Below are positions 13,508 through 26,989 of a stretch of DNA of 64,000 nucleotides, one piece after another. The notes below the pieces were generated by a model, which saw only the letters and a program-made list of their open reading frames with translations, made no database searches and had not been told where the DNA came from. Position numbers and translations under genes: made by a program. Position 1 is the first letter of the stretch, and each line of letters starts with the position of its first letter. The DNA is from the human T2T-CHM13v2.0 reference genome, Homo sapiens. Where the stretch lies: NCBI RefSeq assembly GCF_009914755.1, contig NC_060932.1, one strand, 5' to 3'.

Positions 13508-14620
13508 TGTAACGAACATTTGTCATTCTTGTGTCATTCTTGCCATTCATGTGTCATTCTTGCATAATAGCTGAAACCCATTCCTCCTTGGAGAATCCCT
13601 CCCTTTGTGGGCAAAGCACAATTTGTGTGTCCCTGTGGAGACTGAAAATGTCTGATACTCATTTTACTAGCCTTCCCTTGCACCTAGAGATAGCCCCACA
13701 ACTTGGGCTCTATCAATCTGATTTCTGCACCTGGACCTTTAATTTAATGTGAATCTAAAAAGCAGAGGTACTAGAGATAAGTCTATGGCATGGGTGGTGG
13801 TTATAAAAAGATGAATCATCCAGAGCAGCTGTGCTGGTGGTGGTATAAAGTGTGGAATGGAGTGCCAGCTACAGCAGCAGGGTAAGCTGCAATGTGTGGC
13901 ACACCATAGTGGTGGCAGTATTGTCCACGGGGTTCAGCTCTGGGGTGTGAATTGGACCATGGTTTCCTGTTCTGAAATCTTTCAGCCAGGATCTCTTGCA
14001 ATCTAGTCTGCTCTTAAGCTGTTCACTAAGTATCCTCCTCATTGTCTTTAGAGGTGTATTAAAGGTGTATTAAAGCAAGTTTTTGCCTCACTGCAATCTT
14101 ACTTTTCATCTTCTTGTATCACTAAACATTTTTTTAAATTTGGACATAAGTTAAACTTATACAAAAGTTGCAAGACTAATTCAAAGAATTCCTGGATATC
14201 GCTTTGGCCAGATTTCTAATATTAATATTTTTCTACATTGACCTCCTCCTCGTCCTCCTCTTTCTTCCCTCTCCCCCTCCTTCTCCCTCTCCTCTCTCAC
14301 CCCCTTTCTCTCTGTGTAGTTTTTCTAAACTGTTTAATAGTAAATTGTAGACATGATGCTTTTTCCCTAAAATGGCATTGTGTTTTTACTAAAAAATAAT
14401 TATCTTACATAATCACAGCCTACTTTTCAAAATCAGATTACATACAACACTATGATCTGATCTGCAGACCTTATTCTGAATTTGCCAATTGTCCCAATAA
14501 TGTCTTGTCTAGCAAAAGAAAATTCAAAATCATTCTGGAACTAGTTTAGTACATTTGAAATAAATGTATATCTTGTTTAAATCAGCCAGAGTTGTTTTCT
14601 GTTTCTTGTGACAGATAACT
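13508..14620 (+). mobile_element. Old ERVL-type LTR (LTR33/LTR16-like) interrupted by an L1M fragment (~14130-14530, minus)
   Basis: 3' end aaataaa...taaatcagccagagttgttttctg; insert aaacttatacaaaagttgcaagac is L1M 3'UTR-like. Confidence 0.45.
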
Positions 14621-14919
14621 AAAATTGATTTTAAAAAAATGGAAGCAGGGATGAAGTTCTGCAAGTAACACATTTTGAAATGTCTAATTACCTATATGGA
14701 AAAAGTAGGGACAAAGGGGAGAGAGGACCTCAGTGTGCTGGGCTGACATGTTGTTAAACGATTGTGTGCTGAAGCCTTGAGACCATTTACATCCTAAAGA
14801 AGCTGCCCTATGAATGAAAATTGTAGGAATTGTTCAGAAGGTTGACAAATGCCAGCAATTTCTTCTGGTCATCAGTAGCCTCCTATAAGAAAGAGACCTA
14901 AGGAAAACATGGCCCTTCT

Positions 14920-15180
14920 TCTTTCTCTAGAATCATGTCTGAACATGATGCCTGGGGCTCTAATATTCATTTTGCAACTAGAGGGAGAAGACTAAAGGCA
15001 AGGACAAGCCTCTGAGGAAGGGATGGCGTAGATGTGGAAACAATGGGCACTTTGGAATACGGCCGAGCAATCCTACCTCCGGACTTTGAGCATTCTGCGA
15101 TACAATTTCTTATTATTCAAGCCAGTTTCTGTCACTGTTTCCTATTACACAGAGCCGAAAACACCCTAAAGATAAACATA
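14920..15180 (+). mobile_element. MLT1 (J/K/L-like) LTR fragment
   Basis: atgatgcctggggctc...cctacctccggactt...tttcctattacacagagccgaaa. Confidence 0.5.
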
Positions 15181-15462
15181 CTCAGTTAAATGACTCCAGC
15201 TCTGTGTTGACACTTTGTTTGATGTGTTAGATGTTCTCATAAATATAAAACTAGAGGAGGTGTCATTATCCTCTATTATATCATACAGCTAGATTGCTAG
15301 ATCTTCCAAACATGGTATTTCTTTTTTTAAAGCATCAGAGAGGATGGAATAAAGTTTTAAAACCACCAAAGATCTATAAAATAACACTGGTGAAAACAAT
15401 ATGAAAACGCCTCCTAAAAATGAGCTTCTTTGTGTTCTTGCATAACAGATAAAAATTTCAAC

Positions 15463-15593
15463 TTTTATTTATTTACTTACTTATTGTTTGTTTGTTTATT
15501 TTAGATTCAGGATCTTGTTCTGTTTCCCAGGCTAGAATGCAGTGGGACAACCATGGCTTGCTGCAACCTCGAACTCCTCAGCTCAAACAATCC
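15463..15593 (-). mobile_element. 5'-truncated AluJ right-arm fragment
   Basis: T-rich tail, cccaggctagaatgcagtgg...aacctcgaactcct. Confidence 0.8.
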
Positions 15594-15601
15594 AACAATA
15601 T

Positions 15602-15979
15602 TGTGATGGTTAATACTGACTGTCAACTTGATTGGATTGAAGGATACAAAGTATTGATCCTGGGTGTGTCTGTGAGACTGTTGTCAAAGGAGATTAAAAT
15701 TTGAGTAAGTGGGCTGGGAAAGGCAGACCCACCCTTAATGGTAGGCACCACCTAATCACCTGCCATAGAATCTAGAATAAAAAGCTGGCAGAAAAATGTG
15801 AAACGAGAGACTGGCCTAGCCTCCTAGCCTACATCTTTCTCCCGTGCTGGATTCTTCCTGCCCTTGAAGACCAGACTCCAAGTTCTTCAGTTTTGGTACT
15901 CGGGCTGGCTCTCCTTGCTCCTCAGCCTGCAGATAGCCTATAGTGGGGCTTGTGGTCATATGAGTTAATACTTAATAAA

Positions 15980-16033
<54 letters not shown>

Positions 16034-16117
16034 AAACTTAATAAACTCATATATATATAAAACTTAAACATATATATATATTCCATTAGTTCTGTCCCTC
16101 TAGAGAACCCTAATACA
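15602..16117 (+). mobile_element. MLT2A1 (HERV-L) solo LTR
   Basis: TGTGATGGTTAATACTGACTGTCAACTTGATTGGATTGAAGG start, ...AGAGAACCCTAATACA end; perfect TSD AATAT (15597-15601 / 16118-16122). Confidence 0.9.
15983..16030. repeat. (AT)24 microsatellite inside MLT2A1
   Basis: Direct reading; followed by a duplicated acttaataaactcatata unit. Confidence 0.95.
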
Positions 16118-16122
16118 AATAT

Positions 16123-16340
16123 TTATTAAGGAGCTAATAAGTACTAAGTTGTTAGTGCTAAGTAGTCCTTTGTATGAATTAATGTATTAGTCTATACAGT
16201 ATGCTATGCAACAGTTATTAGTTCCATTTTATAGATGAGGAAACTGAGGATTAGAGAGATAAACCAACTTTACCAATTTCACAGAGATCATAAATAATGC
16301 AGTCAAGATTCGGGATTCAATAATGCAATCTGCTACTTTT
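16123..16340 (-). mobile_element. MIR SINE
   Basis: ccattttatagatgaggaaactgagg core. Confidence 0.65.
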
Positions 16341-17299
16341 TTTTCGATAATTAGGCCAAAGTGATAACTCTCCTCGAGGGAAAATTAAATTAAAGGTTGC
16401 ATTTAAACTGAAAAATAGGTATGTGTGTTATACGGGTATAATTTCCAAACCCTTATGGATGCCTTTGAAGAGATGGAGGTGTTAGTTTGAAGGAAGGGGA
16501 TTGATATATTTCCATCATCAATGACCCCCTACCCTACTCCAGAGCAGCCACAGCCACCCAACTCCCTCCACAGATAAAGAAGTGGCTGGCACAGAGGCAC
16601 CATAGCAGAATTGTAATGTTTTCAGAGGACTCGTCATGTTTAACAAAGGACCCTCACAGAGCAGCTAGGGCTAACGGCTTCATTTCCTGGAAAATGAATC
16701 TGAGATACTTGCTCAGTTATATCCCTGACCCACTCTCTTGTGCTTCAGAGGGAAAGATAGGCTTGTGTGCTGCCCCAAGGTGGGGAAATTCCTGCTTATT
16801 TTTACAGCGGTCATGACCCATTTCAGCTGTGCAAGGATTTCTATCTTCACTATATCTGCTCACTGGCAGCCTGAAACTTCAGTTTCAAAGACAGGCCTGG
16901 ATCATTCTTCACCAGAGAATCACAGAAGTATGTTTCTATCACTGATGCTCCATCTTTAAAACATCACTGATCTGAGTTTCACACATCCTGTCTCTGAAAG
17001 AGACAAGATATAGGGTGTTTGCTAGAGGGCACAGGGGCAATAGCAGGGTTTTGTTTATAGATTGAGTATTTAACTTCTATTCTGCAGCAATAATATGTAG
17101 ATATTATCTCTCCAACATAGGTCTAAACAATTAACTATGTTTAGGGCCAAAACACTAGGAATAACCCTTATTTTCTCACTTTTCTTCACATCTGTCATCC
17201 AATCTATCTGCAAATCTTGCCTACTCATTTTCTAGGATTGCTTGATAGTGATCCATTTCCATAGTTAGCCAATCATCATCTGGGAAAAAAATAATAAAA

Positions 17300-17480
17300 G
17301 CTACCATTTGTGATCTACTTACCTTCTGCCAGACACTGAGCTACCACTTTGTATGCATTACATTAATGAATCCCCACAACAAACCTGTCATCTGATATTG
17401 TCATCTTCACATAACAAATGAGGAAACCAAGGCTCTGAGTGGTTAAGTAATCTTCCTACATCTCCACAGCTAGTGAGTGG
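17300..17480 (-). mobile_element. MIR SINE
   Basis: acaaatgaggaaaccaaggctctgagtggttaagtaa. Confidence 0.6.
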
Positions 17481-17739
17481 TGGTACTCTAATATCAGTAA
17501 TGCCAATGTTGAAAGGTAGATCCAAGACCCTCCAGATCTGTCAAAATGCCATTTTATCCACTTCCTAAAATAGCAGACTGAAAAAGAAAAAAAAATAGAA
17601 ACAATTATTGTTCTGTAATTAACCTCCTTTCCAGTAGAATCAAATGCTAAGGAGAGGGGCATGGTATTGTGGGTGTTTGGGAGAAATATAAAGCAGAAAT
17701 GGGATAGAGCATTAGTCAGTTTTCAGCATATGGCTTTTC

Positions 17740-18780
17740 TTCTTGCAAAAATATCTCCATTCGGCGTTCACAACACTACTCACACCTGATTTTCTTCTAA
17801 CCTGAAACTTGTGCCTTCTTGGACTCCATTTCTGGTTCCTCCGCCTCTGCTAACCCTTAACTCTGTCCTCCACCCTCTTTTCTCTCCAAATTCCTTCTCT
17901 AGGTGATCTCATCCTCTTCTATGGCTTAAAATAACATTTTTGTACCGATGACTCATAAATCTCTATCTCCAGCTCTTACCACTCCCCTGGGCTCTAGATT
18001 TATATACCCAACTGCCTACTTGACATCACCTCTGAGCTGTCTAATAGACATCTCTAATTTAGTATTTCCAAAATAAAATTCTTGATTTACCCACAGCCAT
18101 CTTCCCCATCTCTCAGTTGCTGGTATCACCACCGATCAAGTTTCTTGGGCCAAAACACTAGCAATAACCCTTATTTTCTCACTGTTCTTCACATCTGTCA
18201 TCTAATCTATCTGCAAATCTTGTCTACTCTTATTTCCAAAATACATTCAAGATCCCACCACTTATCACCATCTCTATTGCTACAACCCCAATCGAAATGA
18301 CTAATTTCTCACAGCTGGGCTGCAATGGGCTGCTTCCACTCTTCCCCTGCCAGAATTCATTCTCCATGCAGTAGCCAGCCAGAGTGATCTTTTTAAAGAG
18401 TAAAACAGATCAAATTGATCCATTGCTTAAAAGCTTTCAATGGTTCCACTGGGTTTCGAGTAAAACAGAAACTTCCCAACATGACCAGCAAAACTGTACA
18501 CAATGCACTCCTTGCCAGCCTCTCAGACATGACCACATACTTCTCTCCTTACCATTCTCCCAACTCCCTGGCCTTCTTTCTGTCCTTCCAATACACTGAG
18601 CTCCTTCACGTCTCTGGCCTTTTTCACCAGCCGTTCCTTCTGCATAGACTGCTCTTTCCTCAGATCTTCTATGATTGCCTCTTCCCCCCCTGTGAGTCTC
18701 AGCTCAAATGTCCCCACCTTAGAATGGTTTTACTGGCCATTCCAGCAAAAACATTTTCTTCCATTCTCTCCTCCAATTTT
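17740..18780 (+). mobile_element. L2 LINE (RT and 3' region, decayed)
   Basis: ggtgatctcatcc...tgtaccgatgactc (YADD-region relic)...tctcagctcaaatgtc. Confidence 0.75.
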
Positions 18781-18832
18781 CACTATATACCATTACCCAG
18801 TTTTATTATTGTAAAAACACATTATATGAAAA

Positions 18833-19133
<301 letters not shown>

Positions 19134-19230
19134 CAAAAAGCATTTCTTCATGTTCATCATTTGTCATCTTTCTCTGCCCCCCTAGAAAATGAGATGCAGA
19201 AAGACAACCCTATCCAAAAGAAAGTCTTGT

Positions 19231-19495
<265 letters not shown>

Positions 19496-19630
19496 GTCTC
19501 CTGGTCAATGAAAGCTGAGCTCTATGGTACCGAAAGGGAGATCAAGATTCTTCAAAGATTAAGTGAATTATCCCACAATAGTATCCACTCATGATCAAAG
19601 AATTCATTAAAAGTCATCAAGAAGGAGTCA

Positions 19631-19938
19631 GGCTGGGTTCAGTGACTCACATCTGAAATCCCAGCACTTTGGGAGGCCAAGGTAAGAGGATTGCTTCAGG
19701 CCAGGAATTCAAGACCAGCCTGGGCAATTTGGTGAGACCCCATCTTTACAAAAATTAGAAAATTAGCTAGGCATGGTGGTGTGTGCCTGTAGTCCTAGCT
19801 ACTTGGGAGGCTGAGTCTGAAGAGTTGCTTTAACCCAGGAGTTCCAGTCTCAGTCACCCATTATTGTACCACTGCACTCCAGCCTAGGTTACAGAGCAAG
19901 ACTCTATCTCCAAAAATAAAAAGAAAACAAAAAGAAGA
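19631..19938 (+). mobile_element. AluJ
   Basis: ggctgggttcagtgactcac...gaggattgcttcaggccagg...A-rich tail. Confidence 0.92.
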
Positions 19939-20211
19939 AACATTCAGATTAAAACACTGGTTTCTGGAATCCATTGACCCACGGAATATGTTCTAAGTTA
20001 GAAAATACAGATATTCTAGTCATTTAGGTGGACTTTCAATTTTAAATAAACAAATCAGCACTTTTTTCTGTAATCTCTTAGAAGTTTGAATGTGTATTCC
20101 AGTTGCCTGGGACAAAATCATTTAATAACAATCAAGTTTCAGGGGTCTACAAAACTGAAAACTAGATTTCTCTTATTCTGGTCAATTTTTTAAAGCATCT
20201 TTTTAAAAAAA

Positions 20212-21490
20212 AAAATTGGAGTAATACATCAAAAACAAAGTCTGTGGCATTGGCTCAGTGATCAGGTGGCAGGCAGCAACGAATCTTCAGTTGCAGCTGG
20301 AATGACAGCAATCTATGTTATGCACAAATGAGCTATTTTGTAAAATTGTCACCTGTGAAAACTTAAAAGGAAGGTAATGTCCTCTGTGAACTTATAGCTA
20401 TAGGCAAAATGATTGAAAAATAGAACTTCTAGCAAGTGTCAATCACTGTTGGCTTCATTTGACAAAATACTACTATAAAACAATGAGCTAAAAACGAATT
20501 AACAAGCAAGCAAGTATGAAAGATAACAGAGATGGTCAAGAAAATTTGAAGACTTGGAGAATTGGACAAGGCAATTGTTTCTTATCACTAATTAGAGACA
20601 GACTGATAAGAACACAGTCTTGCATCAAGGAATAAATCAAGGATATGGTTTCCACACAAGTTTTTAACCTTTGAATGGGTTAACATAACAACCCAGTTAG
20701 TATTTCATATGGACAGAATGACTCAATTTTTTTTTAAGACTGAAGCTGCGGCTCTTCTACTGAAGCTTAGCTGACTTAAGATAACTACAGTTCAGAGAAA
20801 ACACAGAGAAGCATGTATCAAAAAAGTTGTGTATGGGGCTGTTGGCACAAGAAATTGACCATAATCAACTATAAAAAGAAGCTGATTACTTTTTTGAGAA
20901 ACTTGTACAGCCAAAGAAATAATGAACCTTCTAAAACTTTTGTGTAAAGACAAAAACATTAACATGGTTAAGTACGTGAACTTCTTAGAGCAAGTATCAG
21001 ACTAAGAAAGCTTCTCATCCTTGAAGGAGTGTACATTCTATAACACACTCTGCAGACATAGCCAAGGCAACAATAGAAAAGGAAGAACCTCCAAAGAACA
21101 AAATTAAGGGCCATGGACTGGAGAACCCCTTCCCAGGCGTCAAATCAGAACATAATTAAGAGCTTTCCTCATCCCAGGGAATGGGGACTGGCAGTAAAAT
21201 ATCAGAATTTATACAAACCAGCCTTGGCAATATTATAGACACCTTGCCCCATTCTGCTATTTTGTACTAAGTGTCAGGGGAAAGAGATAATCTTTTTTGT
21301 TTTTGTTTTTTTTCAGTTGATTTTATAACCAAAAGGAGCCACACCCAGACCTGATAAAGAGACCACTTGGTTACCACCCAGAAACTATAGACATAAGAGT
21401 TTTATGCCATAAAACTGGATACGTTTATTCTGTAAGATGGGATAAGACTTTGGGGTTGTTTCCATAGGGACACACTGAGTGAGCTGAATA
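20212..21490 (+). mobile_element. MaLR (MLT1) internal sequence, decayed
   Basis: aaattgg...tgtggcattggctcagtg start typical of MLT-int; abuts the MLT1 LTR. Confidence 0.5.
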
Positions 21491-21850
21491 CTGATGACCA
21501 TAAGTGGTATCCTTAGTACTGCTCACAAAATATTTCTAATTCTCTCATACTCAATTACATAGAGGATTATAATGTCTTGCTCTCTTTTGCATGGATGGGA
21601 CATGTGTCTGGATCTGACCAATGAGTTTGAATAGAAGCAACATTTTACTTCCAGGTTAGAGCCATGAATTCCCAGTGTGAAACCTTCCAGGGCTCCTTTC
21701 TATATGACATTGTGAACACCATTTATTTCAATGCTATCTTCAGCCTGGCATCCTGAGTGACTGATGAGCAAAGCTTCCCTGCTGATTCACAATAGCCATA
21801 TAGCACATGTATTGTTGTTTTAAGTCACTAAAATTTCAGAGTTTTTGTTC
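21491..21850 (+). mobile_element. MLT1I/J-like LTR
   Basis: aatgagtttgaatagaagc...cagcctggcatcctgagtgact...ttgttgttttaagtcacta. Confidence 0.65.
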
Positions 21851-24800
21851 TTTGAGACTGTGCCTGAGTCTCTGGTAAAGTTCCTTCTTTGACAACCTTT
21901 GAAAAATTTTTTATTTTATCATTTTACAACAGTGGATTAATACTCTGTGCACTGTTTTACAGCCTACTCATAAAAATAGTCACATGTATCTTTCTGTATC
22001 CTTTATATATTTTTATGCAATGTCAGCATTCATGGCTGCCTAATAATCCATAATAGAGATGTTATATAATTTTTACTCAATCCCACATTGATAAAACTAA
22101 ATGAGATATTTCAAGCATTTAGTATTATAAATAATAATATAATGTGTATTCCGACAGCTAAATTTTAACAGTAGATTCATGATGACTTCCAGTTCTTAGG
22201 ATTTGTGCATCAAAGCATATGCAAAATTTTAAAGATTTTGACATTTATTCATTTATTCAGGTTTTCTTCTAGGCATTAGGGATAGTAATGAATAAGATGT
22301 ACAAAGCCTTCACAGAGCATATTTCCAAGTTGTTTTCAGAGTCTGCTGATGTCCTCTAATACACCCTACTACCAAAAAAGTGAGTGCCCACGTTCCCACA
22401 CTGTTGGCCACGTTGCTTATGAGCATGTAAAAATTGTCTCTCTTGTTAGCCATAACATCATCTGTCCAGAATGTCTTACCTATATTTGAAGATGACAAGA
22501 GTGGTAGTAACCCCACAACCACAGGCCAACCAAAAGATGTTTGTTTATTCTCAGAAGAGTGCACAACACAAACTACAATGAGCAGTCAACCTTCTCTATC
22601 AACTTGGGAAAAGGGGCAAATCCTGCATGACTATTGTCTACCTTGTAGCATTTCTTCCATTATACACGTTGTTTGCATCTCCTTTTCTCAATAGACTATC
22701 AGGTCCTTGAAAAAGAACAAGGAAGAATGCTTAAAGAGGTGTTAAGGCAGTCAGTTACTCAAGCCAAGCTGCAGGAGATAGGGGATGAATCACAACCCTG
22801 CTTACACCTTGCAGCTTCACTATGTCAGTTGCAACAAACAGTGAGTGCCTGTGCTCGCCTCTGCTCACATCATCTCCCTCCACCAACAGGCAAGTTAATT
22901 ATGCAAATAAAGGCAGCAACTGTTGTGCAGTTGAAAGAGCCTGGTCGCAGAAACCAGTAATCTTTTGCAGAAAAATGGAGTTAGAGAAACAGCTGTAATT
23001 TGGCACCGTTTATGTAGATGTAAGTTTCCTACTTACATTATAAGAAAAAACAAAATAAATGAAAGTAGATGTCTATAGATTCTTTTTTCACACTAATTCC
23101 ACATGCACAGCAATGGTGATGTGGAGAACAGAATTTCATACCCCAAATTCAAGGAACTTAAAATTCAAACTCAAAACAACTATTCACTGAAATTTCACTG
23201 TAAGTTTGTATGACGAAGTGTTAAGGATGATTTTTTTTAAGCCTCTCAAGGGAGGATTTGGGGAAGAGCCTAAAAGGATTATGATTTTGATATTTTATAA
23301 GGATATTATTATTTTTCAATAAGATATAAAATATTTACTGTCAGTGATGGTGTGCTGAGTGATTTGTAGATATTACAGTGACAACATAGCATTTAAGCAT
23401 GTACTTCATCCTACATAAGCAATAATTTAAGCTATATATCAAAACCTTAAAAAAATCCAAACCCCAGGGCAATTGAAATTGGCTATCTCTGAAAGTAAGT
23501 GTGTGTATATCCTTAATATTATTAGTTCTCTGTGGGTTTTCTCCAAATATTCCCACTTAGATTTTTCCTACCAAACTTGTAAATTTTAGTCAAACACCGT
23601 GAAGTGGTGTGCAATATAGAGATGGAAAAGGAAATCTGATAGACTTACTGCCCTATTTAATTTGCCAGAATGATTTTCGTTTCTTTTGAGTTTCTTTCTG
23701 GGTCCTTGAGGAATGTTTTGTCTTTCTCTAGAGTGGGAGTGCAATGTATAAATCTTCCAAAAGCTTGGCTTACACTTCGTCTCTTACTCAGAGAAAAAAT
23801 TTTCCAGCAGGCATTCAGCTTTCTTACATCAACTGCTCTCACCTCACTGACCCAACCTAGTTCCTCCACCTCTTCCACAGAGGCTCTCTGTGCAACTCAG
23901 GGCCATCTTCACTATTTTTGTTGATCTTTTTTTAACCTGATTGTATCTTTTTTTCTGTATCTCTAATGTCTGCTTAGTTCTGTTGCCCTGCATTTATTTA
24001 TTTTGTTTGCCACAACTAAAATGTCTTCTTTCCAGCATATACGACCTCACGCTCTGTATTTCCTTAAAGTACAGCTCCAGGCTCACCTCTGCCCTTAAAC
24101 CTTCCTTGAATTCTCTTGCTCAATGGCGAATATTCTTGGATGTCCCACAGATCAGGCATGCAGGATGATCCCACACTTGCTTACATAATAACTTGGGATT
24201 ACTTATTTTCCAACTTTTTAGGCAGACAAACATATCTGACTTACCCAATAAATATAGTAGAAAACTTATTGGACTAGGAATTAGAGCCCTGTGGCCCACC
24301 ACATAAATTTTTAAATATTACCTTAAGCAAAGTACCTAACAACTGTGTCTTTGTCTTGAAAAGAGAACATAGAATTACAATAACATCATTTTTTAAACTA
24401 CCTTCAGTTTTAACGTTATGTGAATCTTCAAGAGTAAAGATTATCTTTTGTTTCCCTTGTGTCTTTCACAACATCTACCACAGAGCTGGACAAATAGTAA
24501 TTTAATAAATGTAACTTAACAAATTTAATAAGTAACTGTCGGGAAATGGATAGACGGTGGATGGGTTGGTGATCGCTCACTCTGTGATCTTATCAACTTT
24601 ATAATCCTTCGTTTCTTTGAACCAGCCTAAAGCAAAATCACCAGATACTTAATTGTTCTCTTTCTATATTGATCACATATGAATATTACTTTTTTCCTTT
24701 TCTTGTTTGCTTCCCAGATTGACTTCAATAAAGGAAAACACTCTGCCTCGCATGGTTTCTTCAGAAAAGCCCTGTGGAATCTACCTGTTGAAATAAGCAC

Positions 24801-25687
24801 GTCTAGCTGCTTCTACAACTTTAATTACTAAAAAAAGAAAAGATCCAATGCAACACTGAGAAATGTTATATATTTTTTAAAATGACTGCTTCTTATGAGA
24901 AAAGATAATGTTGCATAACCAAGACCTGATATTCAATTCTCATCTATGGTAACTCTGGCTGTTTCAATTATGTGAAATCATGTTCATCAACAATTTGACA
25001 GAGAAAAGCAAAAGAAAATTATTTCATGTCTTCTAACAGCTGCAGATTGGTGAGCAGAGAGCAAATGACAGGAGTATATTTGGATCAAAATGTGAAGATG
25101 TGCTTAATTCTATTCCAACACTCATTCTCAGCCCCATTTTTAACATATAAGAATTCATTCTCATGTACACCAACCAGATCCAGACTTCCATGGGATTTAC
25201 TACCATGAGGGACGGTGGAGTTTGTTATGACATAAACCCTTACTCCAAATATCCAACCTACAAGATAAGTTTCCTAATTCATACAACACTCTATCCTGTT
25301 TCAGGCACAATTAAAATATCTTTCTTTATTCCAAAATCAAGATATTCCATGGTGATGAGAATGAGAACCACCCATTCTGGCTTGGATGGTCTCCATTTTA
25401 AATGTTGCGTAGGAAGATTATCTAAGTATAGACCTACTTGACAGGTTGTACTTCAATTTTTAATTTCGATCCCATGGTCACCATAGCTGTGGGTCATAAA
25501 CTAATTTTAGTGATGATCTTGGCAATATCCTTCTCAATTTATAATTACTCAATAATCATATATCAATTAGAAATGTACTCAGTCAGCCAATATTGCAAAT
25601 ATTTACTGGGTGCTTATTAGGTGTCAGGTTCTGTGACATGATTTGAAGACACAATGAAAAACAAAATACAATATCAACCCTCTAGAA

Positions 25688-25907
25688 AAGAGGTCAACTA
25701 ACTTTTCTGCAAACGGCCAAGTAGTAAATCTTTTAGGCTTGTGGACCATATTGTTTCTATCACAGCTATTCAACTGTGCCATTGTAACGGGAAAGCAGCC
25801 ATAGGAATATAAACAAATGTGCCTGGTTGTGTTCCAATAAAACTTTATTTCAAAAAGCAGGTGGCAGGACTAGATGTGGCCCATCCATCATAGTTTTCCA
25901 ATTCCTG
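25688..25907 (+). mobile_element. MER58A-like hAT-Charlie MITE
   Basis: gtaaatcttttaggcttgtggacc...gttccaataaaactttatt. Confidence 0.8.
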
Positions 25908-25930
25908 CTGTAATTGCCTAGGGTCTAAAG

Positions 25931-26252
25931 CAGTACCATCTAATAAGAATATAATGCAAGGCACAAATATGAGCCATGGATATACTTTTAAACTTTCAGT
26001 TAGACACACTTTGAAAAGTAAAAAGCAATAAGTGGGGTTAATTTTAATAATATGTTTTATTTGACTGGGTATATCCCAAATATTATCATGACAACACGTA
26101 AACAAGTACTTAAAAATTACTAAGCAACATACTAGGTTTTTGAAATCTGATGTTTGTTTTACATGTACAGCACTGTTCAATTCGTCTCAGTCACATTTCA
26201 AGTGCTCAGTAGCCACCACAGTGGTTAGTGGCCACCATGTTACACAGCTCAG
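25931..26252 (+). mobile_element. MER33-like hAT-Charlie MITE
   Basis: cacatttcaagtgctcagtagccac...; 8-bp TSD gtctaaag/gtctaaac. Confidence 0.8.
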
Positions 26253-26259
26253 GTCTAAA

Positions 26260-26800
26260 CAGATGCATAATTGGTAGGGATAAGCATGAAGTATTTAGAG
26301 TGAACATGAAGGAGGAAAAGCCAACCTTACATCCATGGTGGTTATGGCTGGTGATCAGGGAGAGTTTTTATAGAAAAGAAATCCAGCATGAAGAACAGGA
26401 ATTCCCTAGTTGAGGATAGAAAGAAAGACGATTTTGAACAGAGAGGAAATATGCATAAAAACCTCAAGAGGGAGAAAGGTGCAGCTTCTTAAAACAATTT
26501 AAAGCAGCTCCATATGTATATGTATAAAGTCAGGGTGGGTGGTGTGGACCCTGAGCTAAGGGAGTGGCATTGGGAATGGAGGGAAGTGACTTAGATGTGA
26601 GAGATATTAATGAGACAGAATAGACACAGCTTGGAGATGGATTGGACATAGATCAGATGAGGAAGAAGGAAGCAGCAAGGATGAGGTGGAGGGTTTTAGC
26701 TTGCACAGAATGCAAAGATGAAGCTATCATTTGTTGAGATGGGACATGCAGAAGCAGGAGTAGAGTTGGGGAAAGGTGAAGAGTTCAGCCTGTGAGGCCT
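26260..26800 (-). mobile_element. L2 fragment
   Basis: ttggagatggattggac...gaagagttcag is typical antisense L2. Confidence 0.55.
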
Positions 26801-26989
26801 CAGGGAGATGGGCACAAAGATAACAAAAGACGTGCAAAAGCCACATCCATGTGCAGAACATGCCTTCATGCTCAGGAAGGCCTTTTACGGCAAGAGCTGC
26901 CCTCATGCTGTGAGCCAAAGTCTCTCTCCACACTCCCTCCAACCTAAATTTTTATCTAGTAGCTCTGCCACCACATGAAGGGCTAAAAT

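Noticed and set aside
13521-13562. Short repeated tgtcattctt units (CRISPR-like at a glance)
   Set aside because: A simple tandem repeat with no spacers, in eukaryotic DNA inside an old LTR.
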